Assembly (NCBI GenBank): GCA_964016885.1
Contig: OZ024761.1
Coordinates: 16,678,001-16,742,000 of the forward strand
Length of the DNA: 64,000 nucleotides
Direction: 5' to 3'
Source of the DNA: Eledone cirrhosa
Taxonomy: Eukaryota
Below the pieces are notes generated by a model that saw nothing but the letters and a program-made list of their open reading frames with translations, was not told where the DNA came from and made no database searches. Positions 37,997 through 51,082 of this stretch are shown piece after piece; position 1 is the stretch's first letter; every line of letters starts with the position of its first letter. Position numbers and translations under genes: made by a program.

Positions 37997-38514
37997 TATA
38001 TATATAAAACATAGTTTAACTAATGCCAAAACATCGATTCTTTTCATTGAGATGTTCAAATATATTAGTGATAAATAACTTTCTGTTATATATATATATA
38101 TGTATAAGTTATATTTAAATTGTTGGGATACAACAAGCAAATATTTTTATAACTGATATAAAGCACTCAACAAATTATTGGAGTAAAAATACGATATATT
38201 AAATAGAAATCTATATTTATAAAACCATATTTATTTCATTATACATATTTCAATATATATGTGATTGTGTGTGCATATATATATATGTGTGTGTGTGTGT
38301 GTTTGTGAAATGCTATTCATGACATATGCATGAGTCATCAACTTTGTACATGTAGCTCTGTGTGTGTGTGTGCATACGTGTGTATGTGTGTGTATGAATG
38401 TGTACATCACTGGAAGCTCTTTCTGTTGGTTAGGAAGCAAAAGTGTGTAGATGGTGTGGTGCGTTATATTGTAATAACCAGTCATGACAATAATTTGCTC
38501 ATCCCCCCCCCCCC

Positions 38515-38935
38515 CCTCAGCAGGTTGTCCCATTTGCCCATTATATGATGTCAATGTGATACCTACCTCAGAATATTGTCCTATTTGCCCACTATATGAT
38601 GTTGAGTACCCCACTACCTCAGCAAGTTATCCTGTTTGCCCACTATATGATGTCAGTGTGATCTCTACCTTAGCAGGTCGTCCTGTTTGCCCACTATATG
38701 ATGTAGATTACCCCCTACCTCAGCAGGCTATCCTATTTGCCTACTATATGATGTAGAATACCACCCTACTTCCACAGGTTATCCTATTTGCCCACTATAT
38801 GATGTCAGTGTGATCCCTACCTCAGTAAGTAGTCCTATTTGCCCACTGTATGATGTCAGATTAGCCCCCCCCCCCCACACACACACACACCTCAGTAGGT
38901 AGTCCTGTTTGCCCACTGTATGATGTCAGTAACCT
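38515..38935. repeat. Diverged ~48-bp minisatellite (CCTATTTGCCCACTATATGATGT...CTACCTCAG)
   Basis: About 8 degenerate units. Confidence 0.85.
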
Positions 38936-38939
38936 CTAC

Positions 38940-39715
38940 CCCAGGGATTGACCTTGAGCAAGATGGCTGGATTTGGATAACATCCATGAGTTCGGCTGGT
39001 CTCGCTTGGGGATCCAGCCGGATCAACTGGCGATGGTTGTTTCTGTCAGGACTTGCAGCAAGAAGGACTTTTTCCTGAGAGGATCATGGGACAGAGTCCT
39101 TGAAGACTCCTTCCAGTGGGTCCTATCAGAAGCAACCATCTCCAACTGATCCGGGTGGATCCCCCAAGTGTGACAAGCCAAGCTCATGGATGTTATCCAA
39201 TCATCTTGCTTGGGGGTCTACCCCTGGGTCTCTTGCCAGTTGGTTTTGCCTGTAAAATCTGTCCAGTGATTCTGAGACATTGTATCAGAGCTGTGATCTC
39301 TCAATTCTGAGAAGCAGTGACTCACTGATTTCTTAGTTACGCACTTTATCGAGGAATCCCATTTCGGTCAAGTGTATTCGCAATCCTATTCTTTTGGTTA
39401 TTACCCAAGATTCATGATCACAGGTAAGGGTCGGCACGAAAACCGAATTGAAGATAGTGAGTTTGGCTCTTATGCCTACTTCCCTTCTTCTGGTTATTGA
39501 ATGCTGAAGCTGGTGTATTACTGCACCAGCTCCTGTAATTCTTGCACTTAATTGAGCCACCTGCCTTCCATCACTCATGAACATGGCTCCGAGATACTTG
39601 AACTTCTCTACCTGCTTCAGTGAAGCTCCATTCACATGTAGAGTACACTGCACAGGTTTCCTTGAGAGGATGAGTGTTTCAGTTTTCGCTGACTGCATCA
39701 AACCTATCAAGTGCA
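38940..39715 (-). mobile_element. Older RTE-type LINE fragment
   Basis: LKQVEKFKYLG..SVFVPTLT..HESW; GKRPRGRP motif near 39210-39240. Confidence 0.8.
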
Positions 39716-39921
39716 GGTCGAAGATTATCTTCTGTCAAGTTAACCCTTTAGTGTTCAAACCAGCCAGAATTCTCTATCTCTTTCTGTTGAAACTGGCTGT
39801 AACTGGTCGCTCAAACTGATGTTAAGGTATTGTTCTCAAAATAAATACTTTCAAAATCTCATAGATTCGATATTATGTGAGGTAAAGCTTTTACCATGAA
39901 AATATAATAGTATATATAAAA

Positions 39922-40108
39922 TAATTGTTTCTACTTTAGGCACAAGAACAGCAATTACCCAGTGCATTACTGGTACTTTATTTTATCGACCCCGTAAGGA
40001 TGAAAGGCAAAGTTAACCTCGGCGGAATTTGAACTCAGATCGTAAAGGGACGTAACTCTATGCTGGAAAGCATGGCGTCCGACCCTCTACCGATACTGCC
40101 AATCCACC
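39922..40108 (-). mobile_element. Type 1 SINE
   Basis: Reverse complement of 11345-11534. Confidence 0.88.
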
Positions 40109-40109
40109 C

Positions 40110-40242
40110 TATTGGGGATTTCGATTGTTGTAATTGTTTGTTTTTATATTTTTTACACAACTGTATGTAAAATCCCCGACATGTCTTTGTAATGTCCCCT
40201 TTTCTTGTGTGCCCTTGTGGCTAATAAAGAAATATATCTATC
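40110..40242 (+). mobile_element. Short 3' terminus of the same Tx1-like family
   Basis: ATTGGGGA..TCGATT...GCCCTTGTGGCTAATAAAGAAATATATCTATC. Confidence 0.7.
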
Positions 40243-40551
40243 AAGTCAGTTAACCTTGACACAAATGTTTTATTAGAGAGAGAGAATGTGTGTGATAGAG
40301 AGGGAAATAAAGAGAGTGAGAGAGAGAGAGAGAATAAGCAGGGGCGACTGAGAGGGGAGTGGGAGATGTAGAAGAATAGATTTCATAAAAAGACTAAATT
40401 AATACAGTATGGTGTGTGTGTGTGTATGTGTGTGTGTGTGTGTGTATGGAATATAGTTGTATATATGTGAGTGCATGCATGGAACTATGGGGTATAATGC
40501 GGGTGTATATATATACACCACTATTCCATACACACACATACATATATATAG

Positions 40552-40583
<32 letters not shown>

Positions 40584-40724
40584 GTGTGTGTGTATGTGTA
40601 TGGAATAGAGGTGTATGTGCATGTGTGGAATTATGGTGCCTAATGTGTATGTTTATATATATATATCACTACCTTGATTAAATCTTAACCATTTAACATC
40701 TCAGGGTATGTCATGTGTCATTAT

Positions 40725-40777
40725 ATTTTGTCTGATGAGGACGTACTGTTGTACCTCCGAAATATGTATAATAAAAT
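40725..40777 (+). ncRNA. Minimal type I hammerhead ribozyme fold
   Basis: Stem I ATTTTGT/ATAAAAT; CTGATGA; stem II GGAcGTAC/GTACcTCC; GAAA-TATGTA-TA. Confidence 0.75.
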
Positions 40778-40817
40778 TTAATTGATCAAAAGAACATCTA
40801 TTTTATTAATATTTGTA

Positions 40818-40852
<35 letters not shown>

Positions 40853-40857
<5 letters not shown>

Positions 40858-41140
40858 TGAGATTCTACAGGACTAGAACTGTTTCATTCTTTAGAAATCA
40901 TCAGGAATCTAGGTATCAAAAAATAAATATGGTATTTATAGGTCTCTTCAGGTGGTAGGAGAGGGTGGTAAGTGGGATGGGTAGAGTATTTTTTGATACC
41001 CAGATTCCTGATGATTTCTAAAGAATGAAACAGTTCTAGTCCTGTAGAATCTCATCTATATTAAAACTTTTATACTCTGCTATGTATTGAGTACCTTACT
41101 TACTGTGGTTACCTCCGATTCAACCCGGAATAACGTACCT
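40853..41140 (+). mobile_element. Family B hairpin element with CTGATGA...GAAAC motif and tail
   Basis: 40853-40924 inverted to 40987-41061; relatives at 30837-30990, 48500-48608 (-), 49643-49764 and ~10175. Confidence 0.6.
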
Positions 41141-41412
41141 ATATATATATTGTGTGTATGGAATAGTGGTGTATATATGTGTGTGCATGAGTGGAATAAT
41201 GGTGTATAATGACTGTCTAAGGATGTGGGTGGGGGGTCTAATGCCGTCTCGTGGTGGTAAGTCTCCATTACGATTTGGAAACATATTTCACTTACATCCT
41301 TTAGGGAAACGCATGAACCTCACAACTTCCCATGGTTTTTATTATTTCTGGCTTTACATTTTATAGGCCTCATACACACACAAACACACACACACATATA
41401 TATACACACACA

Positions 41413-41599
41413 CACGAGGGTTGGCTGAAAAGTTCATAGGTTGACTGAGATACTCTCATGGAATGACCAAATGAGGTTTATTTTTCAACATAGTCCCTGG
41501 AAAGAAACAAGAAGAGTTGAAATTAATGCATGCAAGATTTCACAGCTCTAGCATCACTCCTTCATAGTCAGCCTATGAACTTTCCAGCAGACCCTCGTA
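41413..41599 (-). mobile_element. Mariner-derived MITE
   Basis: Reverse-orientation copy of 22521-22720. Confidence 0.88.
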
Positions 41600-42379
41600 T
41601 ATACTACATAAATGTAACAGCTACAAACACACAAACAGGTTGGTGTGTGTATAAGCATGATGTATATATATGTATATGTAGTATTTGTGTGTGTATGTAT
41701 TTAGGGAAACTCCATTTAAAGCCGGTCTTCCCTTATATTAGGAATATTTTAAGGGGTTAGGGGTTTTAACTGTTAATTGGATCATTAGCAGGAGGGGTGG
41801 GGAATGGGATACAATTAAGTAATCGATTTATCGAACTATTATGATATTGTGTATTATTTATTCCACAAGGTTCCAATCTCCCCCCCCTCCTCTCCCTCTC
41901 TCTGCTACCATTGAATAATATTATGGGATGCCCTGTTCTGTCTGTCTCTCTCTCTTTTTCTTCTCTGCCAATCTACTATTTCCTCTCTCCGTTCACTTGC
42001 TATACTTTTCTTTCTTCTTTCCTCCTCTTTCTCCCACTCTCACTATTTATTATATTCATTTCCTCACCCCTCTCTCTCTACTGCCCCGTCACTTTGCTCT
42101 ATCTCCCCTTGTCTCTGCCTCTTGTTATTTCTTTTTCTCCCCTTCCTCCTACTTCCTCCATTTATTCCCCTGCCTCCTTCCTATCTTTCGACATTTCTTC
42201 TTCACGTTCGATCACTTCCCCTTCCTCTTCCTCTGCCCCTCTTCATTAAATCGTTTTAAAAAATTATCGATCTACTCGATTTAACAAATCATTCCCCTCC
42301 ATGTAATTATTTATTATTAATTGTTTTATATGTATATGTAGTATTTGTGTGTGTATGTATATAGGGAAACTCCATTTAA

Positions 42380-44075
42380 AGGGGTGGATTGGCAGTATCG
42401 GTAGAGGGACGGACGCCATGCTTTCCAGCATAGTTACGTCCCTTTACGATCTGAGTTCAAATCCCGCCGAGGTTGACTTTGCCTTTCATCCTTACGGGGT
42501 CGATACAATAAAGTACCAGTAATACACTGATAATTTCTCGCCTTGTGCCTAAAGTAGAAACAATTAATTGTTTTATATCTTGGACTGGACAAGGAGGTGT
42601 GGTGTGGTTTGGACGAGGGTGATGGAGGGTTGGGCTAAGTTTTTGGTACAATGGTTTCGTTTCAGTGAGACTCTCGGAATTAATGAACACCGCAACTCTT
42701 CATAACCCCCTTCACTTTCCCATACAAACAAATTAATTATTAATTATTATTTATTAATTATTTTAATTGTTAGTCAGGGTGGTGTAGTTTTCGGGGAGTG
42801 AGTGTAATTGTGTCAAGGTTAATTTTTCAACGAAGCTACTCTGTGAAATGGTTTCGTTTCAGAGACTGAACGCCACAACGTCATTTAACATACCACCACC
42901 CCCATACCTTTATCTCTCGTTCTTTCTACTACAGATTAATTACCTAAATTATCTTAATTAACTAAGTCAGAAGTTTATGTTTAACAAACTCAGAGAAACC
43001 AATATTTGGAGAAAAACTAAAATCAGATAAAAATAAAAGAAAAATTCAAGAATTAAATTTTATAGCAAATATTTTTGTTGTAGTTCATTGCTAATTAATC
43101 TTTTTACTTTTAAATGTAGTAATAAATAAATAAGATAAGATAAAATAAAATGAAATAAAATAACCTGTCAAATATATCTTCAAAATGCTTATGAAAACAT
43201 CTAGTATCGATAGAGCGTCGGCATAGGGTTACGCCCCTTTACGTTCTGAGTTCAAATCCTGTCGAGGTTAGCTTTGTCTTTCATCCTTACGGGGTCGATA
43301 AAATAAAGTACCAGTAATGCACTGGAGTCGATTTATTCAACTTTCCCCTTCTCCAAAATTGTTGGCATCGTGTCTAAATCAGAAACAATTATTATACGGT
43401 ATTTAATTACGGCTCGTAACGTTCAGGGTTCAAATATCGCCGAGATCAACTTTACTTTACATCCTTCCGGGGTCGAATTTGATAAAATACGAATACCAGT
43501 AATGCACTGGTTCGGTTTAATTAACTCCCCCCCCCCTTCCCTTTCCATTAAATTATTGCCCTTGTACCAAATGTAAAAACAATTAGTACTCGGCATTAAA
43601 TTACGGCTCTTAACATTCCGGGTTTAAATCTTGCCGAGGTCAACTTTACCTTTCATCCTTCCGGCGTCGGGTTTGATAAAATAAAACAAAAAAGTACCAG
43701 TTGACTACTGGTTTGATGTAATCGCCCCCCCCCCCCTCTTCCCTCGCAAAAAAAAAAAATTGCTGACCTTTCGTCAACGTTAGAAATAATTATTGTTTCT
43801 ACTTTAGGCACAAGGCCAGCAATTACCCAGTGCATTACTGGTACTTTATTTTATCGACCCCGTAAGGATGAAAGGCAAAGTCAACTTCGGCGGGATTTGA
43901 ACTCAGATCGTAAAGGGACGTAACTATGCTGGAAAGCATGGCGTCCGACCCTCTACCGATACTGCCTCGGTATTTAGTTAAGACTCATATCTAAACGTGG
44001 TAAGTTCAAATCCCAGCTTGTCGGCGGGTCGATAAATTAAGTAACAGTCAAATACTGAGGACCAGTTGAATCAAA
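42380..44075. mobile_element. Type 1 SINE cluster: 42380-42566 (+), 43205-43393 (+), 43410-43585 (+), 43600-43790 (+), 43790-43965 (-)
   Basis: Repeated SINE core; non-SINE sequence lies between 42570 and 43200. Confidence 0.8.
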
Positions 44076-44490
44076 ATTGCTTATGCCAAAGTTATTCACT
44101 AAACAGTACTTCACTCATAACTTATCTGTCGTTTTTTATCTCATTGCTTTGGTCAGTTCTAACAGTATCTTGACATTAAACAGTTATAGCACACACATAC
44201 GAATACATATATACATAATATATATATCACCTAAATTATTTCATCGCCAAAATATTTTCCCCGCCAAAATAACCCTACCCCTTCCCCTCGGGAAATTGTT
44301 ACATCATATAGATAATGTGTGTGTGTATATATATATATATATATAATATATATAAGTAGAAGGGGTATTTAATTTGTTGGAAGTCCGACAAAAATAAATG
44401 TTTATAACTGATTTAGAGCACTCAACAGCTTACTGGAGTAAATATTCAATGATTTTAAATAAATGGAAACTATATTTATAAAACCATATT

Positions 44491-44553
44491 TATTTTATTA
44501 TATATATTTCAAGAGTACCAAGACACATTGGTACGCTTTCATCAGATAAAATA
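44491..44553 (-). ncRNA. Minimal type I hammerhead ribozyme fold (inverted twin of 44660-44722)
   Basis: Reverse complement of the + copy, on the other arm of the hairpin. Confidence 0.8.
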
Positions 44554-44659
44554 TAAAGTTTGTTTTATAAATAGAGACATACCCATGAAAATCCAGTGAC
44601 TTTCCAACCGATAAGGTATAATTTTCATGGGTATGTCTCTATTTATAAAACTAACTTTG

Positions 44660-44722
44660 TATTTTATCTGATGAAAGCGTACCAATGTGTCTTGGTACTC
44701 TTGAAATATATATAATAAAATA
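44660..44722 (+). ncRNA. Minimal type I hammerhead ribozyme fold
   Basis: Stem I TATTTTAT/ATAAAATA; CTGATGA; stem II AAGcGTACCAA/TTGGTACtCTT; GAAA; self-complementary stem III TATATA; UA cleavage site at 44713-44714. Confidence 0.8.
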
Positions 44723-44828
44723 AATATAGTTTCCATTTATTTAATATCATTGTATATAAATATATATATATGTTGATTTAACACTTCACTGCTCGCAAGT
44801 GTTTTTTAAGCTTCATATCATGTCTCCC

Positions 44829-44899
44829 TATTTTATCTGATGAGAACGCAAATATCATCCCATGATGATATTTGTTTTTGAAATGCGCATAATAAAATA
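44829..44899 (+). ncRNA. Minimal type I hammerhead ribozyme fold
   Basis: Stem I TATTTTAT/ATAAAATA; CTGATGA; long stem II CAAATATCATC/GATGATATTTG; GAAA; palindromic TGCGCA; TA. Confidence 0.8.
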
Positions 44900-45354
44900 C
44901 ATGGAACTCTTTTAACCATCTTTTGATTTTATATTATATATATATATATAATTTTCTTGATATGTAAAGAATCATCGCACCATTTCTGCTGCTGCAGACT
45001 TTTACCATTTTAATTTTATTTATTTATTCATTTAGATATTTTCTCTCCACCTATAGAAAGTTCCATTGCCTTCCAAATGCTTCCCCTACTGAAAATAAAC
45101 AACACATCTCTACTTTCTTTCCACCCTTGTCGTTTTAAATATATTTTATATTTCATCATTATTAATACCTCGATTAAGAATCATTCCCAAATATGACAGA
45201 AACAGATTTGTCAACAGTAAGAGACATCACCGACACCGATTAATTAATCGGGAAACCGATTAGACACCGATTAATTAATCGGTGTGGCGCTTCACTTTGA
45301 TGTTGATCCTTACTATACAGACAACCGTTATTGTGATTATTACTACTTTTGTGG

Positions 45355-45575
45355 TGGTGGTGGAATGTTAGAATCGGTAGAGCGTCGAATAAAATGTTCA
45401 TTGTAGCATTTGTTCCTTGCTCTTTATGAGATGAGATCAAATGCCGTCGAGGGCAACTTGGCCTTTCATATTTCCGGAGTAGATAAAATAAAGTACCAGT
45501 CATGTACTAGTATCCGTACAATCGGCTTTCCTCCTCTTCCTTATAAATTGCTGGCCTTTTGCCTAAATTAGAAAC
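45355..45575 (+). mobile_element. Older type 1 SINE followed by an ACT/ACA-rich low-complexity tract to ~46260
   Basis: GATAAAATAAAGTACCAGT..AATTGCTGGCCT. Confidence 0.7.
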
Positions 45576-45724
45576 TACTACTACTACTGCTGCTGCTACT
45601 ACTACTACCACCGACGCGGGAGTAACCTTATCTTTGTACCTCCTCCTCCGGCCAGCTACTACCACTACTACAACTATTGGCTTTACAACAATTACTACTA
45701 ACACAACTACAACTGCTGCTGCTG

Positions 45725-45760
<36 letters not shown>

Positions 45761-46299
45761 TTATTATAACCACCATTACAAGAACTACTACCACTACTGC
45801 CATTACAACAACTAATCCTCCTCCCACGACAGCCATTACAACAACTAAACCTACTACTGCTACTACTATTATTATTACAACAACTACTACCACTACTGCC
45901 CTTAAAACAACTAAACATACTCCTACCACTGCCGTTACAACAATAAAGATATCTCCCACTGCTACTGCTGTTACAACAACTACTACTACGATCCTAGTTA
46001 CTGCCATTACAATAACAATTCGTACTGTTCCTTTCCTTACAACAACTACTACTACAACTATAATTATTATTACTACGATTACAACAAGTACTAATTCTCA
46101 TCTCTCTCTGTTATTGTCATCTAAACAATTTCCAGTGTTAAAATGGCATTACAATAACTACTACCATTACTAGTATTATTACTACTGCTATTACCATTAC
46201 AATAACTACTCTCACTACAACTCATTTTACAAGAACAACAACTACTACCACCACCACAATCTGTGAAATCACTTCCTCCTCCTACTACTCAACACTGAC

Positions 46300-46560
46300 A
46301 GCCTCGTTTTGGCAAGAGCAGTGGAAAATCTACTGCCTTTTCCCCTACTGCATCGTTACTGCTTTTCTACTGCACCCCTACTGCCGTCTAATAGTACGAG
46401 GCGGGCGCTGGGCAGTGCTTCTTCTTCTCCACCATAGAAGCAGCAGTAGTTTGTTGCAAGAGACAGTGCGGTGGCTTTGATGCGGACACGCAACCAACCT
46501 TATATATCTGGTGGCTTTACATGCGGACACGCTACGTTAAAGGAGAAAGAACTAAACAAG
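46300..46560 (+). promoter_or_regulatory. Putative promoter/5' UTR region of the downstream gene
   Basis: Non-repetitive, locally GC/CpG-enriched, GGCGGG box near 46400, duplicated GTGGCTTT..ATGCGGACACGC motif. Confidence 0.4.
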
Positions 46561-46996
46561 GTTATATGATTGTTATTAATTATCATCACTATACAAGTCT
46601 GACGATAATTTAAAACGAGGACGGTAAATCCGAAAAATATTTGAATTAAAACAGCGAAGAAAGCTAACATCAACAACAAAAAGAACCCTCTCTCTCTTAA
46701 TTAACTAAAAAAAAGCCACTGCAAAAAGAAGGAAATATATATATAATATACTATATATACAAAACGAAAAGGAAACGAGAAAATTCAAGGATTCTACAAT
46801 TATATAAATATTTATATATATAAAACTATCTACATTGGAAAGAAAGAAAAAATTAAAAAGATCTTTACTGTATAAGTAAAGAAAGCAGGATCTATCTATC
46901 TATATATCTATATATATGGTATATATATATATCTATATATAATCCCTGTGACTAGAAGAGACTCCTCTCTTTCTCATCTATTTTAAAACATCCAAA

Positions 46997-47063
46997 ATGC
47001 CGGGAGGTGTAAAGAAAGACGACGACCTCTCCGAAGACATGGAAGTTGACGAAGGCGGAGAAG
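46997..47063 (+). CDS. Probable first coding exon of an unidentified gene with an acidic N-terminus
   Basis: CAAAATG Kozak-like context; GC-richer island encoding MPGGVKKDDDLSEDMEVDEGGE; donor G|GTATTA; preceded by an A-rich leader and CpG-containing unique sequence. Confidence 0.6.
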
Positions 47064-47256
47064 GTATTATTTTAATATTATTATTTATTCGTATTTATTT
47101 CTTAGTAAAATAAAATATTAATTTCACATTTTATTTTAAACAATTTAGACGATCTTTTATCTCTTATTTATTGATCTGAATGGAAAGTTGATGAGTTGTG
47201 TCTCGATTTAAAACACCTCATTTTTGTTACACCCCAGACATATATATATTGCCCCA

Positions 47257-47299
<43 letters not shown>

Positions 47300-48680
47300 A
47301 CACACTGGGACAAGTGTAATTAAATCTTCATTTAAACAATGTATTTATTTACAAATGTTTGCTTTATTTAATAAGATCCAAAACATCCGATGTTTTGATT
47401 TTGAAAATTACCAGCACCAATTATATGTATATGTTTATCTGAATATATATGTATTTATAGCTAAACGATTAATGATAAAATCGAAATTTTTTTAGAATTA
47501 TTGTATATAAATAAAACTAAAATGTCTTGTGTAAGCTCAGTCGTGTTTCTTTTAATAAAATATACAGGTTTAAAATCAAAGGTGTTTTTGATACAAACAC
47601 ATCATAGCCACAGCTACCAATGTATATTATATTTATATGACCGATCATATATAATTTCTTTTTTTATATATTCCGGTAGAATGGTCAGAAAGAGAAAGAA
47701 TATATGTATATTTAAAGTTCTTTATTTGTTGTTAAAAAAAACGAAAACGGCGGGGGAAAGGAAAAAAATGCCATGTCGGATTTGAGTAAATCCCGCAATG
47801 TGGGTGGAGAGAACAGACAGATATACATACATACGTATATATAGATATGTGTGTGTGTGTATAGATATATGTTATGCTTTGGTATATATATGCGATATAA
47901 ATGGAGAGAGATTTTCTGACTGCTTCGCTTCGTCCGTCTTTCCGTCTCCATGTCTTGAGAATCCACCATTTTATCGATTCTCCTCCCTCGCCACTCACTC
48001 TCTCTTTCTATCTCTTACTCACTCCCTCTCATCTCCCCGTTTTCTTTTTCTCTCCTCTCTTTGTCATTCTATTTCTTTGTTTCTCCCTTTATACATATTG
48101 TGCCCCTCTTTTCTCTATATTTGAACCCCCTCTTCGTCTCTCCTTAATCTCGATCTGCCCCCTCCCCCTGTCTTTATATAGATACCTTTATCTTCCCAAT
48201 ATATCGGGAAGATAAAGGTATCCATATCTATAAGTAAATGGAGTAGATGGCGATAAAGGATCTACTCACAATCAACAGAAACCACTTCATTAACACCCCA
48301 AAAAAGAAGCTACTGTTTTAGTTATTCACCCATCAATTAATTCCAACGCCCGCCCTGGCTATATATATATATCTCCACAATGAATGTATGTATGTATATA
48401 TATTAATAGAATATGCTTATCTTATATATATATATATATATACTGGGTCCGTCAACTCCTTATATAAATATATATATATATAACGAAGATCCCAAGTAAA
48501 ATAGGGGGTAGCCACAGTTCAAAAAAGGGTACTCGATACACTAGTAGAGTGTAAGCATAATTATTTAATATAGAAATGACTTCTACAGGACTAGAACTGT
48601 TTCATTCTATTTAGAGAAGAAAAATAATAAATTTGACCTGCTTTTTAATTATTTTTGATGCTAGTCTCTTGTAGCCAAAG

Positions 48681-48746
<66 letters not shown>

Positions 48747-50091
48747 CACAACAGATCTTAAGATAATCAGAAGAAAATGTTTTTAGATCATTCTAAAAAC
48801 GGAATTCTGTGGCCACTTTGGTGGGCTTCGTCCTTACATATACACATTCATCCATACACACACACTCATACATTATATATATACATGCATACACACATTA
48901 GTATAGCGACAGTGATCTTGTATGGTAGGTAGGCTTAAACACACATACACAGAGGCCAACACAGGCATATGTAGTAACAGGCACACATACACACGCAGAC
49001 TGTGTTAAACACACATACATGGATACATAGAGGCCAACACACACGCATGTAATAGCAGACACACATACACACGTAGATTGAGTCAAACACATACGTCGTA
49101 ACAAGCACACACGTAGACGGAGTCAATCACACACACAGATACATAGTAACAGGCACACACTCACATGTAGTCACACACATTCAAACGCGCACAGTTGCAG
49201 TCAGGCGCTCATTACTCTCACACACACAGAGACACACGTAAATACATGTATACACACAAACACACATGTACTCCCCCCCCCCCCCCCACATTGAATGGTA
49301 GAGGAAGCAGCTATATCTCCATTAAGCTGTGATACTCCTCAACCCTAGATATATATATACACACACACACACACACTATGTATATATATGTGTGTGTATA
49401 TATTTCAGTTGATTATGACTGCAGTTATTACATGTAGCATTTCTATTGTTTATTTCAGATCATTGATTAATAATATAATAATAAAAACAATGTTTTGTTA
49501 TATGTATATAAATATGTATCTATAGATCTATTCCTGTCTATCAATAGGATGTTACTAATTTAATGTTTGGTCAGACCATTATTCAACTAAGTACTCTCAT
49601 GTCTTTAAAGAGAGTAGTCTATATCTTTCTCGATATATACATATGATGATGATTTCATTCGAATGTAAAAGTTCTAGTCTTGTAGAGGCCATTTCTATAT
49701 TAAATCTTGTATGTACACAATGTATTGCGTACCTTACTGTGGTTACCCACGATTGAACCCGGGAGACATCGATCTAGTCGATTTTTCCCCTCCTCAAAAT
49801 TGTTGGCCTTGTGCCTAAATCAGAAACCCTTATCAAGTCTAAAAAGTTTGTCATGTTACTGTGGAGTTTCGCTTGTTTATCCCAGGGACATCTGTTTATC
49901 CCAGGGACATCAGACAAGAACTAAGGTTTCAATGGCAGACACAAGCATATATAAGGAAGCCTTAGGTGGGGGAAGGAAGTAATAATAATTGAGAAGGGGT
50001 AATTATGATAGGATCGGCAGTTAGGGCACAGAAGATACGGAGATATATAGCTTTTTACCTATGATGATCGGTTTGTATTGGAACGTAGCTA

Positions 50092-50128
<37 letters not shown>

Positions 50129-50813
50129 ATACACCCAGAAAGATATAGACATAGGCAGATTACATATTCTTTATAAAGTTATGGTTGTACGGCCCCTTTT
50201 TGGTGAGGGGGGGGGGTCCTCTGGGAAATCCTTAATGTTAAGGAACAATATTTAGTGTTAGAATAAAGGGGGAAAAGACCCCAAAAGATTTCATATTAGT
50301 TCCTCGTCAGATCGCCTGATTGAGTCCTACAATGTCTGGGTCGCTAGCTAGATTTAAGACCTTTAAATTAAATTCACCATAAATTACATATATGACCTAA
50401 CCTAGAAGCATATATATGTCTGTATATATACATACAGGCATATATATATATATATAATTTCTTATATAGTTAAGTTATATATACAACATACAGGAACACA
50501 CTGATGAAATCGATATAATGGATTTTAAACAAATATTCTTATGTAACATGTAGGTAGAACCCCCCCCCCCCCCATATATATATGGGGGGGGGGGGGTTCT
50601 ACCTACATGTTACATAAGAATATTTGTTTAAAATTCATTATATCGATTTCATCAGTGTGTTCCTGTATGTTGTATATATAACTTAACTATATAAGAAATT
50701 GTAAAAAATATATCTTTGGTTTAACTCGGAAGAAATTTAAACAGAATTTGTCTTCGGCGGGTCTTATCTACGTCATCTCCATTACATTTTTATATTTTAT
50801 ACAGACCGACCTA

Positions 50814-50849
<36 letters not shown>

Positions 50850-51082
50850 TTCTGTTTCTCCTTTTTACTCTCACACCTTCTGCCTCTCTCTGCCATACTC
50901 TCTCTCACCTATTCTTTTCCATCCCTTCTCTCTCTTTCACTCTGTCACTTACTCTCTTTGTCTCACCCACTCGCTCTCAACGCCTCTTTCTCCCCCTCTC
51001 TATAAATGTATGTCTGTGCGCATGTGTCTGTTATATTGCGATTTTATAAGTGTATACATTCGCATTATATATATATATAATA

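Larger units (their letters stand above)
44375..44752 (-). mobile_element. Family D hairpin element with two hammerheads; tail on the left
   Basis: 44446-44591 inverted to ~44621-44752; relatives at 37354-37522 (+) and 38140-38253 (-). Confidence 0.7.

Noticed and set aside
41670-42380. 50-bp direct repeat at 41670-41720 and 42330-42380 as LTRs
   Set aside because: No TG..CA ends, PBS or coding remnant; more likely a local duplication
45507-46173. Mucin-like Thr-rich ORFs (also 52832-53257)
   Set aside because: Low-complexity ACT/ACC tracts, non-ATG starts, no signal peptide or splice support
46997-47063. Assigning a gene symbol to the acidic first exon
   Set aside because: 22 residues are not enough for me to recognise it reliably
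50280-50330. Hammerhead candidates at 50305-50325 (-), 35742-35770 and 1766-1800
   Set aside because: Core words are present but the stems do not pair adequately or GAAA is missing; could be decayed copies or chance
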